A DNA stretch of 64,000 nt, from NCBI RefSeq assembly GCF_035084215.1, contig NC_090335.1:47616001-47680000 (forward strand), read 5' to 3'. Origin of the DNA: Heptranchias perlo (Eukaryota). Both the position numbers and the translations under genes were made by a program. Shown here one piece after another: positions 1 to 10,590 of the stretch. Under the pieces are notes generated by a model. That model searched no databases, was not told the origin of the DNA, and worked only from the letters and a program-made list of their open reading frames with translations. Position 1 is the stretch's first letter; each line of letters starts with the position of its first letter.

Positions 1-2365
1 ACTCATTCTGTAAGGTGTGCAAGCCACCAGGAGAGGTTGGAGAGTTCACCACTGATACCTGCTGCATGAGAGTAGCTTCCTACGGTGCCCCGTGCTGTGC
101 TGCCGCCTTAGCATGTTGATCAGCCAGCGAGTTTCCGTGGGGAAACCATTCTGCTATGAGCCCTGACTTTCCCAAGGTAGATTGGCACCTTCCTGTCTTG
201 TAGCGCCACCCAAAATTGGGAGAGCATTGCTGCGTGTTCCCGATCTGCAGTACAGAAGTTATTCTGGTGATTCAGTAGTAACAATTGTACTGTTGACGAC
301 ATAGACACACTCCGAGTAGATGTTGATAGCCACATTAGATATGATGTGAACGGCCGTCAGAAAAGCTGCCATTTCAGCCTACTGTGCACAGTGCATGTTG
401 CATTTATACTAGTACACCTGCTTGGGTAACCACTGCCAATCCAGTATGTGGTTTCCCATTTACGTGGTAGGCTGAGTTGTCAATGTAGACACTTTGCGCA
501 TTGCCTATTGGGGTCTTCAGGACTGGGTGGTGATCAAACTGTAAAATGGGCAAGGGACACGTATGTGTCTCCCCTTGGTACAATAAAAGATACGGAATGA
601 GCATTGTCTTTTTAGGGGTGACCTGGAGGTTACGTTCCATCAGCAGCAATGTCCGGTGGTTCAGTCGTTGTGACGCGACCAACGTGTTGCCAGGCTTTAG
701 CAGCAAGTGCAGAGGTGTGTGGGGAGAATGCAACACCAAAGTCTGTAGCCCAGTGATATAAGTAAAATGCTTGACTGCCCAGAAGGTTGCCAAAAGGTGT
801 CGCTCACATGGGTCGAACATCTTCTCCACTCTAGTCAGGATGCGGGATGCATAAGCAATTGGATGTGGCCGCCACTTCCAGGTAAAATGGCTGATTTGGG
901 CCTGGAGCGATTAAGCACGTAGCATGCCCAACTGCTTGCTTCAGCTCGGTTGCTGCATCGGTATGTTTGTTCTTCCAATCCTGCTGAACTGAATCATCAT
1001 TTCCCTTGAGTAAGTCATACAGCGGCTTAGCAAGTTCTGCAAATTGTGGAATGAACGATTGTTGGTACCCCACCAGCCCCAAAAATGACCAGAGAGTTGT
1101 CTTTGACACTGGCTATGGTAGCCTCTGTGTAATCTCCACTTTGTGGGTGTCAGGCAACTTTCCGTTGTGCTATAAACTGATCCCCAAAAAAATACTTCTA
1201 ATGTAGTAGCTGAGCTTTCTTGGGATTGATCTTTAGACCAGCTGTCCTTAATACTTCAGGATGTTCCGGGCAGACTATCAGATGTTGTTCTCGTGTCCTG
1301 GTGGCAATCAAAATATGATCCATCTATTGTAGAACAGACTGAGAACATCCCTTCAGTATAGATGCCTTACAATTGTGGAAGCTTATAGGGGAGTTATGGA
1401 ACCCCTATGGTAAGCATGTTCAGCTATATTGTTGGTCGTTGAATGTAAATGTGAACTTAAACTGATCCTCTGGGTGAACTGGAACACTCAATGTATTGGA
1501 GATATCGAGGGTTGTAAAGATCTTGGCTGTCCTTGGAATCTCTGCCAGCAACGTGGGTGAATTGCTCACAACAGGTGTGCATGAAGGTGTGACTGAATTC
1601 AGTTTTCTGTAATCAGTTGTTAATGGTCAACTACCATCTGGTTTCTTTACCAGCCAAATTGGTGACTTCACCATGAATGATCCCTGATGGATCGCAATTT
1701 GCTCTTAATTCAATTGCAGCCTGTACATAAGGATGGCCTTCAGTGGGCATTGGATATTGTTTACATTTACCACGAGGTAGGCCGTTAACCCTTATTTCCT
1801 TGTCTAGCCTACCACAATCATATTTATGTTTAGCCATCACCCCATCAATCTTGATTAAGATCACTTGAATGCCTGGGTCAGAATGAGTGAGGGGAGGATA
1901 TGGTTCAAGTTTCTTAATTGCATACACGGTAAAAACATCAAATATAATCGTAGAAGACATATTACCCTGTTGTCCTGTTATAGCTCTTATCCACAAACAT
2001 TGGTTAGTATAATCAATCAATATCCTGTACCGGGTTAATGCAGCAGATCCCAATAGCCCCCTATTCATTGGCATAGTCATTGCGGCTGGATCAGGTATTA
2101 GCATTTGAATACTATCCATATTCAAATCAACATGAGTTAATTGCATAGATTCCTATACAGAGCTGTTAGAGCCTTGCAGTGAATGAACAACCCTTCTGGC
2201 TCCTGCAAAGTCAGAGGGGTATAAGGTACGTAAGACAGTGACATTAGAACCAGTGTCCACTAATAACGTCTGCTGTGGGCTCCCTTTGATCACAGCAGTG
2301 ATGAAAGGCCGATTGTCACATGTCCTCCGGAACCTTATTACTGGATAATTATGGAAGCCAGAAGC
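1..2365 (-). pseudogene. pol: Decayed pro-pol of a retrovirus-like LTR element (protease, RT, tether, RNase H); integrase expected beyond the window edge
   Basis: Minus-strand translation: protease RPFITAVIKGSPQQTLLVDTGS (~2245-2315); RT FTTLDISN..QFKFTFTFNDQQYS*TCLP*GFHNSP (~1385-1520) and VLQ*MDHILIA (degenerate YMDD, ~1303-1335); SFLGLVGY thumb; tether FDPCERHLLATFWAVKHF; RNase H VYIDNSAY..AQ*AEMAA..KVRAHS..GNSLADQHAKAAA (~100-490). Many stops and frameshifts. Confidence 0.92.
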
Positions 2366-2368
2366 TTA

Positions 2369-3600
2369 TCATTGTGAGCCCGGACGAGTTGGCTCACCCT
2401 CAGACGCTGGCGCTGAGGCCTCGAATGGACCTGAGGGAGGCCACCCCGGTTAATTGCTGAGTAGCCAATAATGCAATTAATTTGTCCAATTTTAATTCAA
2501 GCAGTTTTCTCCTGGCCTTGTACAATTTAGATTAAAAACCCAAATTTCATTAAATCATTTTTATTTTGTACTCTGGTTGATTTTGTGATTGACTGGTGTA
2601 AACCAAAAGTGAAGATTGTAGGTAGTCTCCTGATCGTTAATGCATTTTAATAATTTTAAACAAATATAATCATGTCAAAGAATTTGAAGGCACTAAATCA
2701 AGTCAAAATTAACACAACTAGAGACACACTCATACACCTTAAAATATTGATTCCTTGCATTGAGTTCATAACCAATGATTCAAATTCAGTTCAAAGCTAA
2801 AAACAGAAGGACTCTATCGCAAACAACTCGAGCTTTCGCACACGCACTGAGAGAACAAACGTAAGACTGCTCATGGACTAGAGTTAAACTGCTTTAGCTC
2901 TGTAAGGGCGGAGCTTAAGCAAACATCAGAGACACATTTAACAGTAGAAAAGGAACATAATATTTCCCCCTCATGTATTCCATCAAAACTAATTTATCCT
3001 TTTTCTCTCGGACCAATTTTAAATTTCTGAAGTTTGCTACTTAAGCCAAATTTAACCCAATTTAAAATCTTGTATAGGGAAGACCCTTTTCTTAAACTTG
3101 TATGTTTCCTTCATTTGTGTGCTCCCTTAGGAGGATCATCAACATAGTTATGAAACGCCACCTCCTCCAATGCTCCCTCATTAATCTGATCATCTTCATC
3201 ACTTTCAAAACCACAACTTCTGAGTCACTGCTTCTACCATAACTGTTCACTGCCCTACCTGACTTCTGAGCGTTTGTATCTGGTTTTGACACTTGCGCTC
3301 CATTGTCTCCTCCTTTTAAACATTTCACCCATCTTAATTTTTAGTTGTGCAGAACCATATAGCATATCTGCACACATGCTCTGCTTGCCTGGTTTTATTT
3401 CCTTAGCCCTGACCTGTTCTCGTATCCAGGCACATGCCTCCTTGTTTGGTTCATCCCCTTTGGACATAACCAGGATCATTGCCTTACCTAATTTTACGAC
3501 ATCACCTTTTACTTTCTCTTCATATTGGTGGATGCAGTCCTATTCCCCTTTATTACTTGTGCTGCCTAATTGTCTAAGGGTAGCGCACTGCCCTCTCTTA
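2369..3600 (-). pseudogene. Putative gag remnant of the same element
   Basis: Lies between the PBS and the protease; ORF fragments 3255..3479 and 3092..3328; ends CAA-TGA in frame with the protease. No recognisable capsid or CCHC motif. Confidence 0.45.
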
Positions 3601-3697
3601 GTCTCTTCAACTAGTTCCCTCCCCCAGTAATTAGATTATGACCCATTACAACCTGAAGGGATTCTGCTTCTGTTACATATGCCTCGCTATTTGCCAA

Positions 3698-3715
3698 GTC
3701 CCACCAGAGTTGCCA
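3698..3715 (-). promoter_or_regulatory. Primer-binding site complementary to tRNA-Arg(TCT)
   Basis: Plus strand GTCCCACCAGAGTTGCCA matches the recalled vertebrate tRNA-Arg-TCT 3' end GTCCCACCAGAGTCGCCA at 17/18; lies 3 nt from a TG (minus-strand CA) LTR edge at 3719. Confidence 0.8.
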
Positions 3716-3724
3716 ATTTGTTGA

Positions 3725-4120
3725 GATAGAATCATAGAAGTTTACAACATGGAAACAGGCCCTTCGGCCCAACATGTCCATGTCGCCCAATTTATACCAC
3801 TAAGCTAGTCCCAATTGCCTGCACTTGGCCCATATCCCTCTATACCCATCTTACCCATGTAACTGTCCAAATGCTTTTTAAAAGACAAAATTGTACCCGC
3901 CTCTACTACTGCCTCTGGCAGCTCGTTCCAGACACTCACCACCCTTTGAGTGAAAAAATTGCCCCTCTGGACCCTTTTGTATCTCTCCCCTCTCACCTTA
4001 AATCTATGTCCCCTCATTATAGACTCCCCTACCTTTGGGAAAAGATTTTGACTATCTACCTTATCTATGCCCCTCATTATTTTATAGACTTCTATAAGAT
4101 CGCCCCTAAACCTCCTACTC
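3725..4120 (-). mobile_element. CR1 LINE 3' fragment
   Basis: ORF 3805..4077 RGHRFKV..NFFTQRVVSVWNELP..FKKHLD (CR1 ORF2 C-terminus) and (TTCTATGA)-like tail. Confidence 0.9.
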
Positions 4121-4573
4121 TGGCACCCAGCCCTAGGTTACCCTTCCAATAATTTGCTTGACAGTTCCAATTGGGTATAACAAGGCTTTATTATAACATC
4201 AGCAAAATCATCAGTACACACAGTATTTAAGCGACAATAACAGAATGCAAGATTGGTATTACGAGGCTCCAAGTCTTCTGGACAAAAGTGCAACACAAGT
4301 AGATCTCGTTCTCTGTTTAGATTTTTTTATGCTTTTTGATTTATATCTTATACTTTTGTTGGATACGCTCACTGTTGCATTTGCTGCAACTCATCTAAAA
4401 TGCATAGACTGAGTATCTTTGCTCGATTTGGCTTTAAGTGGCTTGTTGCTTACATAGATTGCTGTGTCTTTGTTTGCCTCAATTAGGTGTGAATTTCCTG
4501 TACATGATTGATCTTTGATCTTTGTTTATCAAGTAACAAGGTCAAAGGCCCTTAAAATAATTCAACAGTTAAC

Positions 4574-6562
4574 GGTTTCCCAGACCATCGCTGACCTCAT
4601 CATCTTCGGAGATTTCTTTTTCTCCTCTCCTCCTCCTTTCTCCTAGCCCTCGTGCCCCCCCCCCCCACCCCCCAAAACTGCCTCCAACCTCATAGTCCTC
4701 TAACCCCGTACAGCCCGCTTCTACCTCCTTCCCAAGAGCCACAAATAGGACTACCCTGGGAGACCCATTGTTTCAGCCTGTTCTTGCCCCACGGAACTTA
4801 TCTCAACTTTTTTTTTCTCCTTGTCCAGTCTCTTCCGACCTACATCCGTCACCTTTCTGACACCCTCCACCACTTTAACAGTTTCCAATTCCCTGGCCCA
4901 AACTGTCTCCTCTTTACCATGGATGTCCAGTCCCTCTACGCCTCCATCCCCCACCAGGAGCTCTCTGCTTCTTCCTTGAACGGAGGCCCAACGAGTCCCC
5001 ATCCACCATCACCCTTCTCCGCCTGGCTGAACTTGTTCTTACGTTGAACAACTTCTTTTGAAATAAAAACAGAAAATGCTGGAAAAGCTCAACGCTCACT
5101 TCCTCCAAATAAAAGGTGTAGTTATGGGAGCCCATATAGGTCCCAGCTATGCCTGCCTTTTTGTGGGATATGTGGAACATTCCTTGTTCCAGTCCCACTC
5201 AGGTCTCCTCCCTCGCCTCTTTTTCTGGTGCGTTGATCACTGTATCAGTGCTGCTTCCTGCTCTTGCCCTGAACGGAAAACTTCATCAACTTTCCTTCCA
5301 ATTTCCACCCTTCCCTCGCCTTCACATGGTCCATCTCCGACTCATTCCTTCCTTGGCTTCTTTATCTCCATTTCTGGGGATAGGCTGTCGACCAATATCT
5401 ACTATAAGCCTACCAACTCCCACAGCTACCTTGATTACACTTCCTCCCACCCCGCTTCCTGTAAGGGCTCTATTCCCTTCTCCCAGTTTCTCAGTCTCCA
5501 TCACGTCTGTTCTGACAATGCCACCTTCCATACCAGTGCTTCTGATATGTCTTCCTTTTTCCTCAACTAGGAATTCCCCTCCACTGTAGTTGACAGGGCC
5601 CTTGACAGTGTCTGTCCTATTTTCTGCAATTCTGCCCTCACCCCTTCCCTCCCAGAACTATTGTAGGGTTCCCCCTTGTCCTCACCTTCCACCCCACCAG
5701 CCTTGACATTCAACATATCATCTTCCAGCATGATCCCACCACCAAACACATCTTCCCACTCCCCTTTCGGCACTCCGAAGGGACCGTTCCCTCCGCAACA
5801 CCCTTGTCCACTCTTCAATCACCCCAAACCCGCTCTCCTCCCCACTGCACCTTCCTGTGCAAGTGCAGGAGATGCAACACCTGCCCTTTCACCACCTCCC
5901 TTTGCACTGTCCAGGGCCCCAAACACTCCTTCCAGGTGAAACAGCGATTTACTTGTACTGATTTCAATTTAATATACAGATTGGCTGATCGCTTTGCTGA
6001 ACACCTCTGTTCTGTCTGCAAGCGTGACCCTGACCTGCTGGTCGCTTGCCATTTTAATTCCCCTTCCCACTCTGACCTTTCTGTCCTCAGCCTCTTACAC
6101 TGTTCCAATGAAGCTCAATGGAAGCTCGAGGAACAGCACTTCATGTCTTGTTTAGGCACTTTACAAACTTCCAGGCTCAACATTGATTTTCAATAACTTT
6201 AGATCGTAGCCACTGCTCCCACTTTTTTTGGACAGCAAGTGCTGGTAATGTCTGCTGTTGCCATTTACAGCTACTCTAGACCAACCTTTTGTTTCTTAAC
6301 TTGTCCCATTATCACCCTCCTTGCCTTGCACTATCACTCTTGCCCTCTACCCTATCGCAGACCTTCCCTTTTGTTCTTTCCTCCCGCCCCTTTCCTTATC
6401 TCTGTACTTGCTTAAAAACTTTAACTCATTAACATCTTCCAGTTCTAACGAAAGGTCTTCAACCTGAAACGTTAACTGTTTCTTTCTGCACAGATGCTGC
6501 CTCACTTGCTGAGCTTTTCCTGTTTATTTCAGATTTCCAGCATCCGCAATATTTTGCTTTTG
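4574..6562 (+). mobile_element. Penelope-like retroelement (RT plus partly deleted GIY-YIG), 14-bp TSD
   Basis: LFTMDVQSLYASIPH, QIKGVVMGAHIGPSYACLFVGYVE, YYKPTNSHSYLDY, CRRCNTC..FTCTDFNLIY/RLADRFAEH (the YIG segment is missing); TSD ATTCAACAGTTAAC at 4560-4573 and 6563-6576. Confidence 0.9.
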
Positions 6563-7233
6563 ATTCAACAGTTAACAGGATTATCTTTTTTTTAATTTCC
6601 TTTGTTTGATAAGTTTTGACTAGCTTTATCTTCTCCTTTCCTGGGCAAACGTGATCTTGAGTGACACCATTTGCATCTATACAACAGTCAGTTGATAGGC
6701 AGGGACATGTTTTGACTACTTTGATTTGACAATTACCTTGTACAGGACATACATTGTTGACATCTGTTCCCTGATCAATAGAGATCTCTTATCAGCAGAA
6801 CTGCCAATTCTTGTGTTTTTTAATATTCCATTCTTCTATCTGACCCTTTTGGGCACTGGGCACTTTTTTAGTATAAGCTAGCTACTTTTATTCTCTTGCA
6901 ATATTATCTTCGAGCCGGTCCACAGTATTCCTGGCCTATGTCCACATTTTAAAATAGGTTCGATAGGTGGTTAAAGGAAAGAGGGATATGGGAACAGAAT
7001 GGGCATATGGAATTAAGACTACTGCTCATGTGCAGGAAATATAATTCAATGCAAGCTAACTCCCTTCTAACTTAAATATATCTTGTTCCTTTGAGACTGA
7101 CTTGATGATGTACCTCATGCATGATCTCGGTCAAGGTGTACTGCAACACCCTTCAGACAGAATGGCCAAGTTCAGATAACTGTTGGGGTTTGGAATGCAC
7201 TTGGGAGAAACCTTACTAATTTCTGTATTACAG

Positions 7234-7620
7234 CCCAGATCCTAAAGGTCACTACAATCGGAGGGAGCCTCACTTTGAACAAGGGTGACTGGATTGATCT
7301 CATCTGCAGTGTAACAGGAGTTGAAGACACGGTCACGGTTGAGGTCAGCTGGTATTTAAGCACATCTCCAGCAACTGATGCTCCAAACAAGAAACCTCTT
7401 GTGCACATGAACCGTGCAGCAGTAGTGAACAATTCAGATTTTGTCTCACTAAGCAGGAGTAGTGGCAGCGACTACAGACTGAGAGTGCTACAAATTGATG
7501 AAACAGACAGTGGATATTACTACTGTGCAGCCTTTGTCTGGATCCAGTATGCTAGTGAAATGTGGCACAAAGCAGCAGAGAGAAGGTCCAATCCTGTCAG
7601 TGTCGCTGTTAATCTTCTAG
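7234..7620 (+). CDS. PTGFRN: PTGFRN exon, Ig domain 3
   Basis: ttacag|..ctag|gtaatt; 387 bp, phase 1-1; LICSV..VSWY..DSGYYYC..W..WHKAAE. Confidence 0.93.
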
Positions 7621-7689
7621 GTAATTTCATTCTTCAGTGTTTTACAAATGCTAGAATAATTGTTGATTATGCCCAATGGTACATGTGAA

Positions 7690-7800
7690 GTAACAGAACA
7701 TTTACCTGGAATAGGAATGGGAGTAGGCCACTCAGCCCCTCAAGCCTGTTCTGCCATTCAAATTAGATCATGGCTGATCTGCATCAACTCCATTTACTTG
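7690..7800 (-). mobile_element. Short CR1-type 3' end
   Basis: GAGTAGGCCACTCAGCCCCTCAAGCCTGTTCTGCCATTC..ATCATGGCTGATC, same as the termini at 23500 and 41340. Confidence 0.65.
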
Positions 7801-8336
7801 CCTTGTGTCTTGTGTTCATTACATCTGAAAATGACACCTTGACACATACATTGTACAATATTAAAATGGAAAAGATTCTAATTAAACCACTTACATAAAG
7901 CTAACTCACATTAGCTGTCTTTTTGCGAAGAATGGTGGTTGCAAGCGGGTTTACGCTATTGGAAAGCACATTCCAACAGTATCCTTTACGCTAAAAGGAA
8001 GGCACCCTTTGAATAATGGACATCCTACATACTAAGGGGACCCGAGGCTGTAGCTGGTCAGCTGCCAGGTTCATATTGATCGGGTCACAGATTGTAGGTG
8101 GACATTCATAGTATAAAAATCCTATTCTAAGTGAAATGTTCTTATAACAGGATTTCGCCTGCTTAACATGTTTATTGATAAAAATCCAACAAACTTTTTA
8201 TATTAATTTAAAATAGTTACATATGGGATCGCGTATAAGTACATTGAACTGTATCCAGTGGCTTTTCTGTAGTTAGTTAGTGTTAATTTCGAGGTTCACA
8301 TTACAGAGGTAAACTTTGTTCTAATCACAACCACAG

Positions 8337-8759
8337 CTCCTACATATACTGTTCAGCTAACCTCCACGAAGATACCTAGTTCCTCGGGGGAGGCAGCAGA
8401 GCTTGAGTGCCGAGTGTTGGATTTACAAAATGCAGACGATGTGAAGCTGACTACGACCTGGTATTTCAACCCAAAAGGGCAGGATGGTGTTGCCAAAGGA
8501 AGTGTTCCTATAGCAACGATGGATCAGGATTGGACACTAAAATTGGACGATAAGTATAATGAGCGAGCAGAAAAGGGAGAGATCATTTTTATGAAGCCTG
8601 CGCTACATGTTTTCAAGTTTCAGATGCAACATGCTCTTGTCTCTGACAGAGGAGAATATTTTTGCAATGTTTCTGCCTGGATTAAACAACGAGATGATGC
8701 GTGGTTGAAAAAACAGGAAATCTCTTCAGTCGCCATTGATGTGTTTTGGAAAACGGAAG
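8337..8759 (+). CDS. PTGFRN: PTGFRN exon, Ig domain 4
   Basis: ccacag|..gaag|gtaaaa; 423 bp; MDQDWTLK..DRGEYFCNVSAWIKQR, matching recalled human MDGDWTLK..DRGNYYCVVSAWTKQR. Confidence 0.95.
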
Positions 8760-9277
8760 GTAAAATGTTCCTACAGTTTCTGCAAGGTCTCTGGTTTGTT
8801 TTTTAAATCCTGTGTTTTGCTGTCGTTTTAAAACTTTTTTTTCTTTTTAAAAATATAGAACAATATTTAAATTCTTGGTCAACACTTGTAAATGCTGTTG
8901 CAGACAAGTTTGAGGATGTTTTTTCTTCTGTGAAAGTTATTTTTGAGAATGTTTAAATGGTTTACATTGGCCAGATTTTTTTTAAAATCCCCTCCTTTTC
9001 CATGCTGCCAACTCCTAGGGAGGTGCCTAACCTCTGCTCATTCTCCATGACAACATGGTTGAGATTGGGCGAACAAGTTGTGGGGTGCTGTGGGCACTAA
9101 CTCTCATCCTACCCTTTCATTGTGCACTATACCCTGCTATCTCTAGTAGAATAATTCATGACTAAGGTTAGTATGTAGTATACATCATATATAATGCCTT
9201 TAGATAGTAGCAGCTGCTGGTTTAGAATTACAATGAACCTGTCTTTCATTGCATTTAACGTTCCCTTAATTTCTTAG

Positions 9278-9691
9278 ACCCAAGCCTGAGTATTACAGCG
9301 ACAGAGGAGAAACCAGTATCTACGAGAGGCAACACTTTTGAGATGACTTGTAGTGTTTCTGCAGAGCATGTTGAAGTGCCTCATTACTCAGTGGTTATAG
9401 CAATGAATGAACCAGCCTTTACTGATGCAAAGGATAGCAAGAGGCTAATTTCGTTGACTCGAGACTCAGTGGTCAAACTGGAGAAGTGGGACATCAAGGA
9501 TCGGTCGGAGGATGTTGTTCTAGAGAAAGTCGGTGACAAAGAATTCCGTTTCCGGCTGTACAGGACCCAATTTTCCGATGAAGGATCGTATTACTGTATT
9601 GTCCATGCTTGGGTTCCAGATACAAACGGAGGGTGGTCTGAAGCAGTTGCAAACTCATCCAACACAGTAGCTGTTGCCTTTAAAACAGCAG
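9278..9691 (+). CDS. PTGFRN: PTGFRN exon, Ig domain 5
   Basis: tcttag|..gcag|gtggtt; 414 bp; GNTFEMTC..DSVVKLEKW..VVLEKV..EFRFRLYRTQFSD. Confidence 0.95.
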
Positions 9692-10324
9692 GTGGTTTCT
9701 TAATTTAATCAACAAATTGAGGGTCATTAACAGATGAAATGGTGGTGTAGGCATGTGGATCGACAGAAGACTGCTGACCTTGTAATAATATACCATATAT
9801 AATGTGTGGATGGTTTGATTGTAGTTTAGAATCTGGAAAGCTTACAATCTTGGGTACAGTAGTACAGGTAGGGAGGGAGATAATGCAAATTGACCTAGAC
9901 AACGTGCATCTCCAGTAGCGGGCTGAATTGGTAAACTGGCAAAGGCTTAGGAGTAACTTACCTGACCTTCTCTCAACTAACAAATCATGGGCAATGTGGA
10001 AGACCTAAAGAAGGAGTGGTAAACATGTGAAAGTAACTAGTTTTTAAATTAAAACTCATCATTGGGAATGGATCTTAATTTTAAAAGAAACCAGATTTAC
10101 AAATACAAAGCGATATTGAAGAAGGGTGGGAGGAAGCTCACATGGAGCATAAACACCAGCATGGACCCATTGGACGGAATGGCTTCTTTCTGTGCTATAC
10201 ATTCTTTTATAATTCTTTATTATATAGTAACTAAGGGAACATTTTTCTATAACTGATTAGATACTTGAACTTTTTGCAGGAGTGTCCCAGCTATTTAACT
10301 TTGTGCCTATCATGGAGCTATAGG

Positions 10325-10590
10325 TATCTCTCAGGTGGATGTAAAAGATCCCATGGCGTTCAAAGAAGAGCATGGGATTTCTGCCAGCGTCCTGGCCAAC
10401 ATTTGTCCCTCAGCCAACACCACTAAAACAGATTATTCATTTTTCTCATTGCTGTCTGTGGGTGGGACCTTGTGCACAAATTGTTCACTGTGTTTTCCTA
10501 CAGTACAACAGTGACTACACTTCAAAAGTACTTCATTGGCTGTGAAGTACTTTGAGACCTCATGAAGACATTATAAATGCAAACTTCTCC
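10325..10590 (+). mobile_element. DeuSINE (SacSINE1/AmnSINE1-like)
   Basis: CAGGTGGATGTAAAAGATCCCATGGC..GTCCTGGCCAACATTT..CAGTGACTACACTTCAAAAGTACTTCATTGGCTGT. Confidence 0.8.

Larger units (their letters stand above)
3719..6945 (-). repeat. Probable 5' LTR of the retrovirus-like element, interrupted by CR1 and Penelope insertions; distal boundary uncertain
   Basis: TG adjacent to the PBS; minus-strand AATAAA at ~4187-4192; unique segments 4121-4573 and 6577-~6945 flank the insertions. No second LTR in the window to confirm. Confidence 0.4.
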
